Of a stretch of 64,000 bases of DNA, positions 41,791-56,402 are shown piece by piece. A program made the translations under genes and the position numbers. Numbering within the stretch: the first letter of the stretch is position 1; the number at the start of each line of letters is the position of its first letter. The DNA lies in assembly GCA_964016885.1 (NCBI GenBank), contig OZ024741.1, forward strand, positions 38,874,001-38,938,000, read 5' to 3'. Source of the DNA: Eledone cirrhosa (Eukaryota). The notes below the pieces were generated by a model, which worked only from the letters and a program-made list of their open reading frames with translations, ran no database searches and was not told the origin of the DNA.

Positions 41791-42045
41791 TTCTCTGTAT
41801 ACCATCCTGTAGGTAAAGAAGTAAAGGAGAGGGGAGCACCTTCTCCATGTGCTCCCCGGGCAAAGGATTGCACACTTTTTCGGAGGTGTGTGCAACCCCC
41901 ATCACGTCCCCTCCCTTTTGAGGTTGTTTTCGATTATTTTCATTTTATACCCTTTTTACTCGATTGTATGTAAACTCCCCCTTTGTATTTGTCCCTTCTT
42001 TTTATGCCTTTATGGTAAATAAAGAAATATATTTATATATCTATA

Positions 42046-42076
<31 letters not shown>

Positions 42077-42259
42077 AAATCTATATCTATCTATATCCTT
42101 CTATCTATATATCTATTTATATTTATACCTACATATATCTTCTCCATCTCTGTCTCTCCCTCTTTCTCACTCATTCTCTCAATCAATTTTTTCACTCTCT
42201 TTCTCGCTTTCTCTCTCACTCAGTCTCTTTTTCTCTCTTTATAAATAAATAAATACACA

Positions 42260-42316
<57 letters not shown>

Positions 42317-42399
42317 TTATTTATCTACATTTTCATATATATATGTATATATATGTACATATATACATGAATATATATATATATATATATATATTTCAA

Positions 42400-42607
42400 A
42401 TCAATTAACAGAGGTAAAAACTCACATTAATCCCCTATAATTTAGGGGATTAATGTGAGTTGTTACCTCCGTTATTGGAACACATGTATACTTATATCTG
42501 TCTTCATCCCTCCCGTATATCCAATTATATTACACGGCTCGGAAAGATTTCCTTCTTTGAGCTACTTAATTGTAAAAGATTATTTTGAGTTTCTAACTCA
42601 ATCTATG
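42400..42607. repeat. TA-flanked hairpin with one-sided extension
   Basis: TAACAGAGGTAAAAACTCACATTAATCCCCTA / TAGGGGATTAATGTGAGTTGTTACCTCCGTTA at 42406-42474. Confidence 0.55.
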
Positions 42608-42626
42608 ATATATATATATATATATA

Positions 42627-42704
<78 letters not shown>

Positions 42705-42706
42705 TG

Positions 42707-42742
<36 letters not shown>

Positions 42743-42745
42743 CTG

Positions 42746-42800
<55 letters not shown>

Positions 42801-43348
42801 TGTATATATATATATATATATTGTTATATTTGGGGAGGGTCATATTTGCGTAATATTGCCAGAATTAATAACAGAACACACTCACTGTTTGGTGGGTTTT
42901 CGCTTCTCGCTGTCTTTTATATCTGCGATCTAACTTACTCGGTCCTCAATGTTGCCATTGACTGACCGGCGGTCAAAAATAATACAGATACAATATAGAC
43001 ACAAACACATATATATAGTTTACATAATTTACATAAATCTTTCGTTGCACATCTGCAACATCGTCAGTGGTGTTATATTCATTGTTCCTCCTGTTGTGTT
43101 GTATGTCTACGCCATTTTTTATTCAGTCTGTCTATATATTTCTTTATTTATTTGCTTGTTTGTTTATCTTATTTTATTTTGTCTTCTTTGCGCATGCGTT
43201 TGCGTCTGTGTATAGTGTTATGTGTGATGTGTGACTAGTGTGTATAGTGTTGTGTCTGCTGGGTGACTAGTGTGTGTTTATGTGCTTGTTGTTATTGTGC
43301 TTGTGTATGTATTTATTTATCTTATTCTATTTTATTTTATTTACTTAT

Positions 43349-46290
43349 TTATACTTCTCTTAGGTCAGTGTTGTTTGTTTGGGTGTTGTTGTTCCACTCA
43401 TTCTTTCTGTTTAGCTTTGGTCTTCTAATTTCTATTTCACTGGCCTCTCTGATTTGCCTATCTGCTGGGTCATTCCTATGTTTAGATATTATTCTAATTT
43501 CTATGTTGTCTATGTTACCGTCATGTTGTTGTCTAGCATGTTCATATAGTACTGACCCGTTTTTTCGTCCTTTTAGTTCCCCCCAGTGTTGGTCTATCCT
43601 TTCACCTATGTTACGAGCTGTCTCACCTATGTATGTTGTTGTCATGTTTCTGCAAGTACCCTCTGTACATCTTATGCTATAGACTACGTTTCTAGTTTTA
43701 CAGTTTATCCGGGGGTTCACCTTACATATGATACATTTCCTATTGGTACAGTGGGTTTTCTTAAAAGGGTAGGTTTTGCTGATCAGGGATTTTATGGTGG
43801 TTCCTGGCTTTTCTACCACCTTTATTTTTAAGTGGGTCTTTCTCAGGGCCTTTCTACACTGGTTAGCTAATTTCCCTCCAGGGGTGGCGTCCACAAACAT
43901 GACACTCTGATATCTTTGGTTGTCGTACCATGATGTGGCCTTCCCTATCTTATGTCTAGCCCTATCTAAGCTATTCCATGATTTGCTCCTGTATAGTGGG
44001 CAAATTCCTTTCATGTCCAGTTCTATGAGGGTCTTATACTTTTCCATGGCTCCTTCGTATACTCTGACTCTGTCTCTTTGGTTGTAGCCTGAGAACTGCA
44101 TGCGGTTGATGAAGTGTTGGATGTGTCCTTCCATTTCTCTTGGGTCGCACATGCTGGACACATTCTTCATCACTCGTACCAAATCTGCGATCAGAATATT
44201 AAACTTAGCACTACTGGACATTGCTGAGTTTTTGAGTATCAGGTATTTGGAGGCCATGGGTTTAGCATAGTGTGAGTGGAGAATTTGGGCTCTCTCGTCT
44301 ATAGTGTTAATCCAGAGTTCTGTGTCTAATACAGGTAGTCTATTGTTAGGGTGTTTGGAAGGGAAGTCGATAGTTACAGTTATACTCTGGTGTATGGAAT
44401 TAGCTATCTGCTGGATGCTTTCCATCGTGCTACGTTCTAAATCAAACTTGTTAGTGCTCTCTAGTGGGGGTGTTCTTATAACTATATTGATATCGTCTAC
44501 ATAACGAGAGTACATGATGAGGTCTATGGAGCTTTCATTAAGGAGATCTTTAAGTCTCCTTTCCCACCATACCATGAAAAGGTTGGCAACATCACCAGCT
44601 ATGCTGACGCCGATGGCTGCTCCCTCATTTTGGGTGTAGATTTTCTCATTGAACTTAAATATGTGGCCCTTTAGGGTAGTTTTGATACTAGCCCCTATTG
44701 CATGTGCGACCATTTTTCTTACCTGATCAGTGTTTTGGGGGGGTCCGTATAGCTTTGGTCCACCCAATCCACCTTCCTATGGGAGTCTTTTTAGCCATTG
44801 AGGTTATGGTGGGGGGTCTACCTCTTATAGGTCTACTAGGGCAGAAACATCTAAGGTCATGGCTGTCTAGGTAGTCAGTGTCGTAGGTAAGTCTAAGTAG
44901 GAGGCCCAGTTCGTCTGTGTCGACGTAGCAGAACTCCACCTCACTCTCAATGATCATCTCCACACATCTTTTCACAGCAAAATCAATGTTAATGGATGGG
45001 TACAGTGACACCACATCCATGCTGCCTATTATGCAGTTGGATAGGCTCCTGTTTTTGTTGCACTCACTGATTCTGCTGAGGAGGTCCTCTGTACTTTCAC
45101 ATACATCTGGGGACATCTTGATTATGGGGCGTATAACCATTGAGAGGAAGTAGGAGATCCTGTAGTTGCTAGCTATATTAGCTCCGCATACGGGTCTTGT
45201 TGGTGGTCCTGTTGTCGGGTCGTCGACTGTCTTGTGGTCTTTGCGGAGCCCATAAGGGTGGTATGCCATTGTTAGACACCTGGAAGTTGTTGGCAGTGCG
45301 TCTGCTTGGCTTTAGGATGTCAGTCCACATCATCATGTGAGCGTTGAGGATTTTTTCTCTCCCATCGTGTGTTAGTTGTGCAACTTCGCTCGTGTTGGTG
45401 ATGTGGGGTTGCATTGCCTCGATGTAGTTCGGCATGCTATCTATTGACATCCTACCAGACTTATCTGTGGGCAGACACACTACCTCACCATCCCTTGTGC
45501 GCTGCTTGAGGCTAACCAAGCCTTCTACAGGTTTTCTCCCAAGTTGTTGGGCCTCTGGTCTGCTCTGTCTCTTAGTATACCTGTCTACTACTTGTCTAAT
45601 CTTATTTCTAGCTATGGTGAACTGTGCCTCCGTCTCGTCATCTATTTGCTGTGGTATGCAAACTCTTTTATTAAAGGGTAACCTCGTAGGATAGATATTA
45701 CCCATCTTATATGTTTTGTCAGCTGGGTTGAAAAATAGTTTCTCTAAGGGGTTGTCGTTATTTCTATCGTCATAGTTGTGTGTGTTGCTATTATTGTTAT
45801 CATGGTGGTTGTTGTTGTTTCTATCATTAGCATTATTATTATTGTTATGATTGCTAGATGTATTGTTGTTTACTTCACCGTTATTGTTGTTGTTGTTACT
45901 GTTATTTATACCATTGTGGTTGTTACTATTATTATGTTTCTTGTTTTTGTTGATGTTGCTACATGTACTATTTCCATTATTACCACTGTGGTTATTGTTG
46001 TTGTTGTTCTTATTGTTACCGTTATTACTAGTGTGGTCACTGTTGCTGTGTCTGTGGTTAACGTTTCTATTATTATTATTATTGTGGTAGTTATTGTTCC
46101 GTCTATCGCTAGTATTATTGCCATTATCACTATTTCTCACTTTCCTGCCATTGTTATGGTTATGGCTGTTATTTCTATACCCAGAGTTATTGTTTATATT
46201 ACTACTACCGTTATTATTGTTGTTGTTGTTTACCTTTGCATTCCAACGTATTTTTGTGAAACACTTTTCCAGCTCCGTTTTGCATTCCAT
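43349..46290 (-). pseudogene. PLE RT + GIY-YIG ORF, 5'-truncated, two frameshifts
   Basis: TDKSG, GLRKDHK, TRPVCGA, SMDVVSLYPS, GAAIG, RYVDD, LPVLD, VVY..YIGET..R..QH, RQIREA..LN; frameshifts near 45255 and 44740. Confidence 0.9.
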
Positions 46291-46296
46291 AGGGTT

Positions 46297-47919
46297 AAAG
46301 ATGTGTGGAGATGATCATTGAGAGTGAGGTGGAGTTCTGCTACGTCGACACAGACGAACTGGGCCTCCTACTTAGACTTACCTACGACACTGACTACCTA
46401 GACAGCCATGACCTTAGATGTTTCTGCCCTAGTAGACCTATAAGAGGTAGACCCCCCACCATAACCTCAATGGCTAAAAAGACTCCCATAGGAAGGTGGA
46501 TTGGGTGGACCAAAGCTATACGGACCCCCCCAAAACACTGATCAGGTAAGAAAAATGGTCGCACATGCAATAGGGGCTAGTATCAAAACTACCCTAAAGG
46601 GCCACATATTTAAGTTCAATGAGAAAATCTACACCCAAAATGAGGGAGCAGCCATCGGCGTCAGCATAGCTGGTGATGTTGCCAACCTTTTCATGGTATG
46701 GTGGGAAAGGAGACTTAAAGATCTCCTTAATGAAAGCTCCATAGACCTCATCATGTACTCTCGTTATGTAGACGATATCAATATAGTTATAAGAACACCC
46801 CCACTAGAGAGCACTAACAAGTTTGATTTAGAACGTAGCACGATGGAAAGCATCCAGCAGATAGCTAATTCCATACACCAGTGTATAACTGTAACTATCG
46901 ACTTCCCTTCCAAACACCCTAACAATAGACTACCTGTATTAGACACAGAACTCTGGATTAACACTATAGACGAGAGAGCCCAAATTCTCCACTCACACTA
47001 TGCTAAACCCATGGCCTCCAAATACCTGATACTCAAAAACTCAGCAATGTCCAGTAGTGCTAAGTTTAATATTCTGATCGCAGATTTGGTACGAGTGATG
47101 AAGAATGTGTCCAGCATGTGCGACCCAAGAGAAATGGAAGGACACATCCAACACTTCATCAACCGCATGCAGTTCTCTGGCTACAACCAAAGAGACAGAG
47201 TCAGAGTATACGAAGGAGCCATGGAAAAGTATAAGACCCTCATAGAACTGGACATGAAAGGAATTTGCCCACTATACAGGAGCAAATCATGGAATAGCTT
47301 AGATAGGGCTAGACATAAGATAGGGAAGGCCACATCATGGTACGACAACCAGAGATATCAGAGTGTCATGTTTGTGGACGCCACCCCTGGAGGGAAATTA
47401 GCTAACCAGTGTAGAAAGGCCCTGAGAAAGACCCACTTAAAAATAAAGGTGGTAGAAAAGCCAGGAACCACTATAAAATCCCTGATCAGCAAAACCTACC
47501 CTTTTAAGAAAACCCACTGTACCAATAGGAAATGTATCATATGTAAGGTGAACCCCCGGATAAACTGTAAAACTAGAAACGTAGTCTATAGCATAAGATG
47601 TACAGAGGGTACTTGCAGAAACATGACAACAACATACATAGGTGAGACAGCTCGTAGCATAGGTGAAAGGATAGACCAACACTGGGGGGAACTAAAAGGA
47701 CGAAAAAACGGGTCAGTACTATACGAACATGCTAGACAACAACATGACGGTAACATAGACAACATAGAAATTAGAATAATATCTAAACATAGGAATGACC
47801 CAGCAGATAGGCAAATCAGAGAGGCCAGTGAAATAGAAATTAGAAGACCAAAGCTAAACAGAAAGAATGAGTGGAACAACAACACCCAAACAAACAACAC
47901 TGACCTAAGAGAAGTATAA
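46297..47919 (+). pseudogene. PLE RT C-half + GIY-YIG, 5'-truncated inverted partner
   Basis: 472-aa ORF differing from the minus copy at two residues; same C7 frameshift near 46528. Confidence 0.9.
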
Positions 47920-48196
47920 ATAAGTAAATAAAATAAAATAGAATAAGATAAATAAATACATACACAAGCACAATAACAACAAGCACATAAACACACACTA
48001 GTCACCCAGCAGACACAACACTATACACACTAGTCACACATCACACATAACACTATACACAGACGCAAACGCATGCGCAAAGAAGACAAAATAAAATAAG
48101 ATAAACAAACAAGCAAATAAATAAAGAAATATATAGACAGACTGAATAAAAAATGGCGTAGACATACAACACAACAGGAGGAACAATGAATATAAC

Positions 48197-48237
48197 ACCA
48201 CTGACGATGTTGCAGATGTGCAACGAAAGATTTATGT
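48197..48237 (+). ncRNA. Hammerhead-like motif in PLE 3'UTR/pLTR (mirror ~43031-43071 on -)
   Basis: CTGACGA T GTTGCA-GATG-TGCAAC GAAA GATTTA; stems I and III weak. Confidence 0.55.
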
Positions 48238-48488
48238 AAATTATGTAAACTATATATATGTGTTTGTGTCTATATTGTATCTGTATTATTTTTGACCGCC
48301 GGTCAGTCAATGGCAACATTGAGGACCGAGTAAGTTAGATCGCAGATATAAAAGACAGCGAGAAGCGAAAACCCACCAAACAGTGAGTGTGTTCTGTTAT
48401 TAATTCTGGCAATATTACGCAAATATGACCCTCCCCAAATATAACAATATCTGTTTCGACACACGATTTCATATAAAAAACCTCGCTA

Positions 48489-48645
<157 letters not shown>

Positions 48646-48920
48646 AAGTTATATTTAAAATTGTTGGGTTACAACTAGTAAATATTTATAACTGATATAA
48701 AAGCACTCGACAAATATTTGGAGTATATTTACAATATTAAATAAATGGAAAACTACATTTATAAAACCATATTTATTTCATGTCGAATCTATTTATCTAT
48801 AAAACTGTTTATATTGTATTTTGTCTGATGAAGGCATAGCATATTGTTAATATGATATCCCCGAAATATATATAATGAAATAAATATGGTTTTATAAATG
48901 TAGTTTTCCATTTATTTAAT

Positions 48921-48927
<7 letters not shown>
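48646..48927. mobile_element. Hairpin + one-sided tail element with hammerhead-like motif
   Basis: arms 48730-48781 and 48875-48926; CTGATGAAGG..CCGAAA at 48825-48866; tail resembles 5229-5266. Confidence 0.65.
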
Positions 48928-49004
<77 letters not shown>

Positions 49005-49219
49005 ATATATATATATATAGCGAGAGATAGGTAGATAGATAGATAGATATAATATATAGATATAGATATAGATATAGATATAGATATAGATATATAGGAA
49101 AAATGTCAGGAGTCTAAAGGTCGCTGATCACTCGAAGTTGCGTCACTCGACCTTAAATACAATGTGCGTTTCTGATCAAATCATCGGAATACTGTCCATA
49201 GTATAGAGCACTCACAACC

Positions 49220-49283
<64 letters not shown>

Positions 49284-49287
<4 letters not shown>

Positions 49288-52200
49288 GTTACTAACTGAT
49301 ATAGAAATTGATCAGATCAAGCTATTAGCACAAAGTCAGCGAAGGGAAAATGAAATAAGTGTCAGTGAAAACGAGGTAAATTGTAACACTTCGAATCCCA
49401 GGGTTGGGGCGGAATCACTGACAACAGAACAAATTAAAGAAAGGATCGAAAAAGTGGAGGGAGTGCATCCTCAAGATGAAACTCAAAATGAAAACAATGA
49501 GATCGTAAATGATAAAGAAATGAATGAGAATGAACTTGCCAACTTGAAGGATGAAATTATGATCGAATGGATGAAAATGAAAGAATCTGACATGGGGGAA
49601 CGAGACACCCTCCCTAAGATCCAGAACTCCAAACAGAACCAAAAGATAATACACAAGACTAACATAATTCTCAAAAACATTATCATCACAAACAAACTAA
49701 ACATTACTGACTTAAATCATCTCTATTATGCATCGGCTAAAGTCACCACTCACTTATGTGGAGTGAAGATGAAAAAACAAAGGAATTCCCACAAGAAATC
49801 TACTTGGCAAGATAACATCAATCGCCAAATAAACCTTCTCCGATCTGACATAGAAATTTTAACAAACTATAAAGTAGGTGAACATGTTAAACAAACTAAA
49901 CTTAGAAAATTGAAAAAAAGTACAGTATAAGATCAACATGTGACATAGACATGCTGATAGAAACAATCAAGCAAAAAGTGTCGGCCAAAGCTGCTCGTAT
50001 AAGGCGCTTTGAAAAACGATCTAGATTCTATAAGGACAATAATATGTTCAAAAACAACCAAAGAAACTTCTACAGAAAAATTGGTAAGTCAACAATAACT
50101 GCTAAATCAATACCACCCAAGGAGGAAGTGCAAGAATTCTGGGAAAAGATCTGGGCCGAAGAAAAAGTTCATAACATACATGCCCCATGGATAGACAGAC
50201 AAATGAAAGAAACAGCTCACCTTGAAGAACAAACATGGGAAAATATAACAGTTGAACAGCTGCGCTTGGCTCTAAGAAAAACCAGCAAATGGAAATCCCC
50301 AGGAAAAGACAAAATACAAAACTTTTGGATAAATGCCTTCACAGAGTCTCATGAGCTGTTAGCCCAACTTTACAATGAAATAGTTAAGGAGCCAGAAAAG
50401 ATACCATCATGGCTAGTTAACGGCATTACATTCCTGCTACCGAAGAATGATGAGACAAACAATCCCAAAAATTACAGACCGATAACCTGCTTGACCACAA
50501 TGTATAAAATTTTAACATCAGTCCTAACTGAATACACATATGACCACCTGATAACAAATGACCTATTTCCCATTGAGCAGAAAGGGTGTAAACGAGGCTC
50601 ATATGGCTGTAAGGATCAGCTTTTGGTTAACAAAATGATACTGGAAGATTGTCATAATAGACACAAAAATCTATCGATTGCTTGGATAGATTATAAAAAA
50701 GCATTTGATAGTTTGCCACACAGTTGGATTGAAAAATGTTTAGAGATTTTCAAAATATTCCCCGTTATCAGGAGGTTTTTGTCATTCAGTATGAGGACAT
50801 GGAGAACGACACTCCTTTTGAATAGTGAAACAAAATCACTGGAAGCTGGAGAAGTTAACATTAATTGTGGAATTTTTCAGTGTGACTCTTTATCACCGCT
50901 TTTATTCTGCATCGCACTTATACCATTAAGTAAAATGCTCAATGAAACAAAACATGGATATAGAGTCTATGACAAAACCATTAATCACCTGTTCTACATG
51001 GATGACCTGAAACTATTTGCAAAAAATGATGAACAATTGCAAGGGCTATTATCCACTGTGAAGCAGTTCAGTGATGACATTAAAATGGAGTTTGGACTGG
51101 ATAAATGCGCCAAAGCAACGTTCACCAGAGGAAAGCTGCTGAAGAGTTCAGACATTAATCTTGATCGGGGGAACGTGATAAGAGAGCTTGATCAAGAACA
51201 AACTTACAAATATCTAGGTGTTTGTGAAGGAGACGGAATCAAGCACTCGACAATGAGGGAAAGGATAAGGAAGGAATGTTACCGCAGAGTCAGAGCAATC
51301 TTAAGAACGGAATTGAATGCAAGGAATAGGATCGATGCCATAAACACGCTTGCCATACCAGTAGTAACCTACAGTTACAATGTCATCAACTGGTCAAGCA
51401 CAGAGATCCGTAGGCTCGATACAAAAATCCGAAAATTCTTAACCATGCACAGAATGCATCACCCTAAGGCAGACATACATAGAATATATCTCCCTAGGAA
51501 AGAAGGAGGACGTGGGTTAATCCAGTTAGACATTGCGTTGAAAACTGCAACAATTGGATTATCCACATATCTAAGGGAATCACATGATTGGATGATCAAA
51601 CTCGTTTTGAAACACGAAAGCACCAAAAGATCATATTCCATTACAAAAGATGCACAAAGATACAGTAATGGACTACAAATTTCAGAAGTCCCATTTACTG
51701 CTGAAATGGAAAACACAGAAAAAGCAAAGCAGGTAAAAGTAACTGCAAAGAAAGAACTGCTACAGAAACTGGCTAAGAAATGGCAAGAAAAGCCTCTGTA
51801 TGGAAAATACCCAGAGCGAGCTAACAATCCTGATGTTGAGAAAACTTTAACCCATCAGTGGTTGGCATCCTCTGGACTGAAATCGGAGACTGAAGGACTG
51901 ATTATATCCGCACAAGATCAGTGTCTGCCAACAAAAAATTACCAAGCCAACATAATAAAAAATGGGTGCAGCCCATTATGCCGTGTATGCAAAAAACAAC
52001 CAGAGACCATTGACCATATAATTTCAATGTGCAGTCCTATAGCTCCAACCGAATACCTAAACAGGCATGACAGAGCTGCACAATACATACATTGGATAAT
52101 GTGTAAGCATTTTGACCTGCCCCATCAAAAGAATTGGTGGGAGCATCAACCACCTCCCATACTTGAAAAAGATCACATCTCAATCTTGTGGAACTTTAGC

Positions 52201-52685
52201 ATCCAAACAGACCGAAAAATAGATGCAAATAGACCTGATATAATATTGAAGGACTTTCAAAGGAGGGTATGCCTGCTAATTGATATGTCTGTTCCAATAG
52301 ACAAGAATGTATCTATAAAAACATTTGAAAAATTGAGCAAGTATAAGGACCTGGAGATAGAAATTGGAAAAATGTGGAAATTGAGAACTAAAACAATACC
52401 AGTGGTTGTAGGCGCTCTGGGAGTGATACCTAAGGGGTCTAACGACTACTTATCGCAAATCCCAGGAAACCCGCGTATAGGAGAAATACAAAAGATAGTA
52501 CTAATGGGAACTGCCCATATACTAAGGAAGATCCTGTCAATATAAGTACATCACAAGTCTAAACACTAAGGATGCATGTGTGAATATGTGTGTTCTTTCT
52601 TGAACATGGCGGACCTTGTTGTCTCTTGAGGTCACTGGTTGTGACTTGGTGATAACTCGTATAAACATAAAGCAAGATAAATGCA

Positions 52686-52686
<1 letters not shown>
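49284..52686 (+). mobile_element. R4/Dong-clade non-LTR retrotransposon, 5'-truncated, in (TAA)n
   Basis: RT + CCHC + restriction-like EN; (TAA)n at 49258-49283 and 52687-52718. Confidence 0.9.
49454..52545 (+). pseudogene. RT-CCHC-RLE ORF (864-aa open part), frameshift at the A-run near 49915
   Basis: WKSPGKD, YRPITCL, DYKKAFDS, QCDSLSP (G>C), YMDD, CRVC..ETIDHIISMC, RHD, RPDI..IDMSVP..KLSKY. Confidence 0.88.
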
Positions 52687-52719
<33 letters not shown>

Positions 52720-52960
52720 TTTTCTTTATTAACCACAAGGGTTTACATAAAGTAGACATTAACGACAGTACATGACAATACAGGACGGTACAAATGGGTA
52801 TTTCTGCGTGTAAAAAACAGAGGATGTAATAAAATAACAAAGAAAAATTCTCCAATAGGGGGGAGACTTCCGAGGGACATTTGTGGAGAAAGCCCATTAA
52901 AAGACCACAGTGACCCTGACCACCAGGGCAAGTGCCCTCTCCCAGTTTTCCACCTTTAAT

Positions 52961-55900
52961 TTACAGACACATACTCATTCGAGCCATACTTGCTTCTCTC
53001 ACCCATCTTTCAACAAAATGCTGGGAAGAGAGCACTTCCCTCTCTACCCTGATTTTCCTTTTCAAATTAAATTTGAAAAAGTTAATCAGGGCATCACCGA
53101 AGAGGTAAGTGCTCGTCTTCAGCCCTTTCAAACGTGTCCACCATACTATCTCTTTCGCCATAGCCACCAGACAGATAAAAACTGCCTGCCCTTCCCGGCT
53201 AAAGGAGGAGGGCGGGGCAATCCTCACGATGGACTCAGCTGGTAGCTGGATCCGTCCTACACGTGACAGCATGTGTTCGACATAAACCCACAAGTCAGCA
53301 ATGCTTGGACACTGGACGAATGCGTGCAGGACGGTTTCGTCGCCCTGTGCGCATCTCGGACATGCCCGGCTGACGGCACCTCCATGCCTGTAGAGTTTAT
53401 CCCGAACTGGCAAAGCACCCCGGTAGCACTGCCAGGCCAGGGATTTCTGCAAGTTGTCCATAGGCGCCGGCCCGAAAGTCCTTCCGAAGAGATTGGCTAG
53501 TTGATTTTCGTCGACGCCTAGAGTTTCTCCAAGTACGTCGTCGCTCTTACCCTCCACTAATCCTCTATAGAACGCCAAGGTGGAGTTTCCACCGATTTTC
53601 ACATTGCCCGATTGGTCGAGGGCTGTGAGCGCCTGAAGACATTCCAGTCTCCAAGCGCTACCTCTTGGTCTTCGCTTGACCCAGGACTGCAGCTCCGACA
53701 AGGAGACGAGCTGGTGAAAAACGTGTCTAGCAAACGGCGACCACACCTGATCACCGTCGAGGAAGAGGTGGAGATGTCGTAGCCTGAGCGCGTGTGTGCG
53801 CATCATCAGCCACGGCATGCCCAGCCCTCCACGTAGCGGGTGTTGACAGCAGATGGACCGCCTGACCATCGGAGCGCGTCCCTTCCACAAGAAGCGAAAG
53901 AGCAAACGCTCCAGCGCAGTCAGGCGGGGCTTAGGACAAGGTACGACGGTCAGGCGGTAGTAGATGACGGACGCGATGTACGCGTTAGCCACCTCCGCTC
54001 GACCTTTCAGGGATAGCTTCCTCTCGGCCCATTTCTGGGTGAGAGAAGCCACCCTGCTCGTCACATCATCCCAGTTTTTGTCTTTCTGGAGGTCTGGACC
54101 GAACCAGACCCCTAGCAATTTAACCGGTCCGTCCGTCCAGCGCTCGACGACGCTGTTGGATGGCATGGACCTGCCTCTCCAGGTGCCGAGCTGCAGGCCC
54201 ACTGACTTTTCCTGGTTGATCATTGCTCCTGTCACAGCTTCGTATTCTCTTAGTGTAGTGCCAATCGCCTCGATGTGTTTGGCGTTCGACACCACTACGG
54301 TGACATTGTCCGCATATGCTGACACGGATCTTCCGCATCCTAGTTCGCGCGGGACCCCCCTCAACGTCTCCAGTTTGTGCAGTAATGACTCGATAGTCAA
54401 TACGTACAATAGGGACGAGAGGGGACATCGTTGGCGGACCGAGCGCATGATGTTGAACGGTTCCGAAAGGTGACCGTTCACTCTCACTACAGAGCAGATG
54501 TCGCTGTGCATGGCAGCGATCCAGCTTCTGAAGATGGGCCCAAAGCCAGCCGCCCTCAGGACTGCCGCTAGGTAACGATGGTCGACCCTATCGAAGGCTT
54601 TCGACTGATCTAAATTGATCAAGGACCCACCCGTGCCAGGTTCCTTAGCTACCCTCTCTATGATGTATCGCATGAGGTGGAGGTTGTCGTGGCTGGATCT
54701 GTCGGGAATGGCGCATGTCTGTGCCTCTCCCACCAGACCACCAACGACAAGCGCCAACCTCTTTGCTAGCACCTTGGCCAAAATCTTGAACTCTGTGTTT
54801 AGCAGAGTTATGGGCCTAAAATTATCTATGTTATCCCCCTTGTTCGGATCCTTTCTCAGCAGCGCCACCGCTCCTCGGCTCACAGAGCTGGGAATTCTCC
54901 CGTTCTGTTGCCAGTTGCAGTAGACGTCCGCCAAGAGGCCTCCGAACAAGTCTGGCATTTGTACGTAAAGTTCATAGGGCAGACCATCTAAACCAGGCGA
55001 TTAACCCCTTGTGCAGCCAGTCATTGCCTCCCGTACTTCAGCGGGTGTTATCGGCTTTTCGCAACACTCCGCCACAGTGGCCGAAAGCCGCGGCAGTCCG
55101 TCGAGGTAGACACTAAAGTCCATCCCTCGAACCGGCCCGCCACTGCCCCCGAACAGTTGAGCGAAGTGTCGCTGAAAAGCTTCACACATTTGCCCGGGAT
55201 CGAGTAGCATGCGCCCGTCGTGGTCCACCAAAGACCGGATCGTGGCTTTATTGCCACGACGCGCCTCCGCCACTCGGGCCCATTGAACGGCTTTCGTCCC
55301 CTTGTGTCTGAGAGCACGCACCCTAGCTCTGACAACGCAGCCTTCGTGCTTTGCATTGAAGAATTGGTCAAGGGCCAATTTCGCCGCAAGTACGTCGGTC
55401 GCGATGCCTTTGCTAAGCGCCTCGTCTAATTTTCTAACTAATTCTCCCTCTGCTCTATTTTTCTCTATTGCTAAAGCCTTACTAAACCTAATGGACTCTA
55501 TTCTAATTGCTCTTTTCAGAGCAAACCATCACTTGTTGTTGACGATGGCCCCCGTCAACGCCCGCTTAACTAGTTCGCTAATCCGGTCTCTGTAGGCCTT
55601 ACGCGCTGGTAAGGACGCGTTTAGCTTCCAGTAGCCGGGTCCTCGTCTATGAAGCCTATCTAAGTCGAGCACACAGATCACGAATTTGTGGTCCGTGTAG
55701 CTGACTATCTTGAATTGTGGACAGCCTATGCTAGACCTCTCTATTTCCCTACAAAATACTCTATCTAGATATGATCTGGATGACCCTATGCGATTTGTCC
55801 AAGTCCACATTGGTACATTCGGGAAATCCATTCGGTACCTGTCAGACAGTTCAAAACGTCTGAGCAGGTTGGTGAGACACTTGCACCCTCCTTCCCTATC

Positions 55901-56368
55901 CACTAATCCCACACAATCCCAGCGTGCATCTAAGATCCTGTTCCAGTCGCCCACTAACACTAAAGAGCGGGACGTTCCAAGAAAGGTCTCCAGACGCCGG
56001 AAGAAATCAGGCCACCCTGCTCCTGTCGGGGCATATACGGCCACTAACCTGAAAGCTTGCCCTTCTCCGCTGGTCACGTCCAGCACCACCAACTTACCTT
56101 CTGGGTCCAGGAAGATGGCCCGTATGGCAAGATCCAAACCTCTCCGAAAAAGCACAGCAACTCCTCCACCCGATCCCGGACGGCTGGGAGATGCGTACAC
56201 ATCGTAGCCGCCGAAGATCGGTGCGAAGGCCCGTGCTTCGGTGATTCTGGTCTCGCTGATGGCCACTACATCTATGTTTAGTGACCTGAGGTCGTTGAGC
56301 AGGTGGCCCTGCTTCCATGACGACCCCAAGTCACGCGCATTTATGCTGCCTATTCTGAGTGAGGTCAT
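52961..56368 (-). pseudogene. LINE ORF2 EN-RT-zf with in-frame stops
   Basis: colinear pieces 55529-56368, 55001-55378, 52961-54958; YADN and QRCPLS variants; CPRC..H..C. Confidence 0.9.
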
Positions 56369-56402
56369 GTTGAAAAGGAGTGGAAAAGATGGGAAAGACC
56401 AC

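Larger units (their letters stand above)
37352..42027 (+). mobile_element. Tx1/L1-clade LINE with both ends present, inserted in (TATC)n
   Basis: 5'UTR, ORF1, overlapping ORF2, 3'UTR ending AATAAAGAAA; TATC repeats on both sides. Confidence 0.92.

Noticed and set aside
43349-47919. Selenoprotein-type Naiad PLE
   Set aside because: EN and linker cysteines use normal codons, no in-frame TGA at conserved Cys, and I could not identify a SECIS
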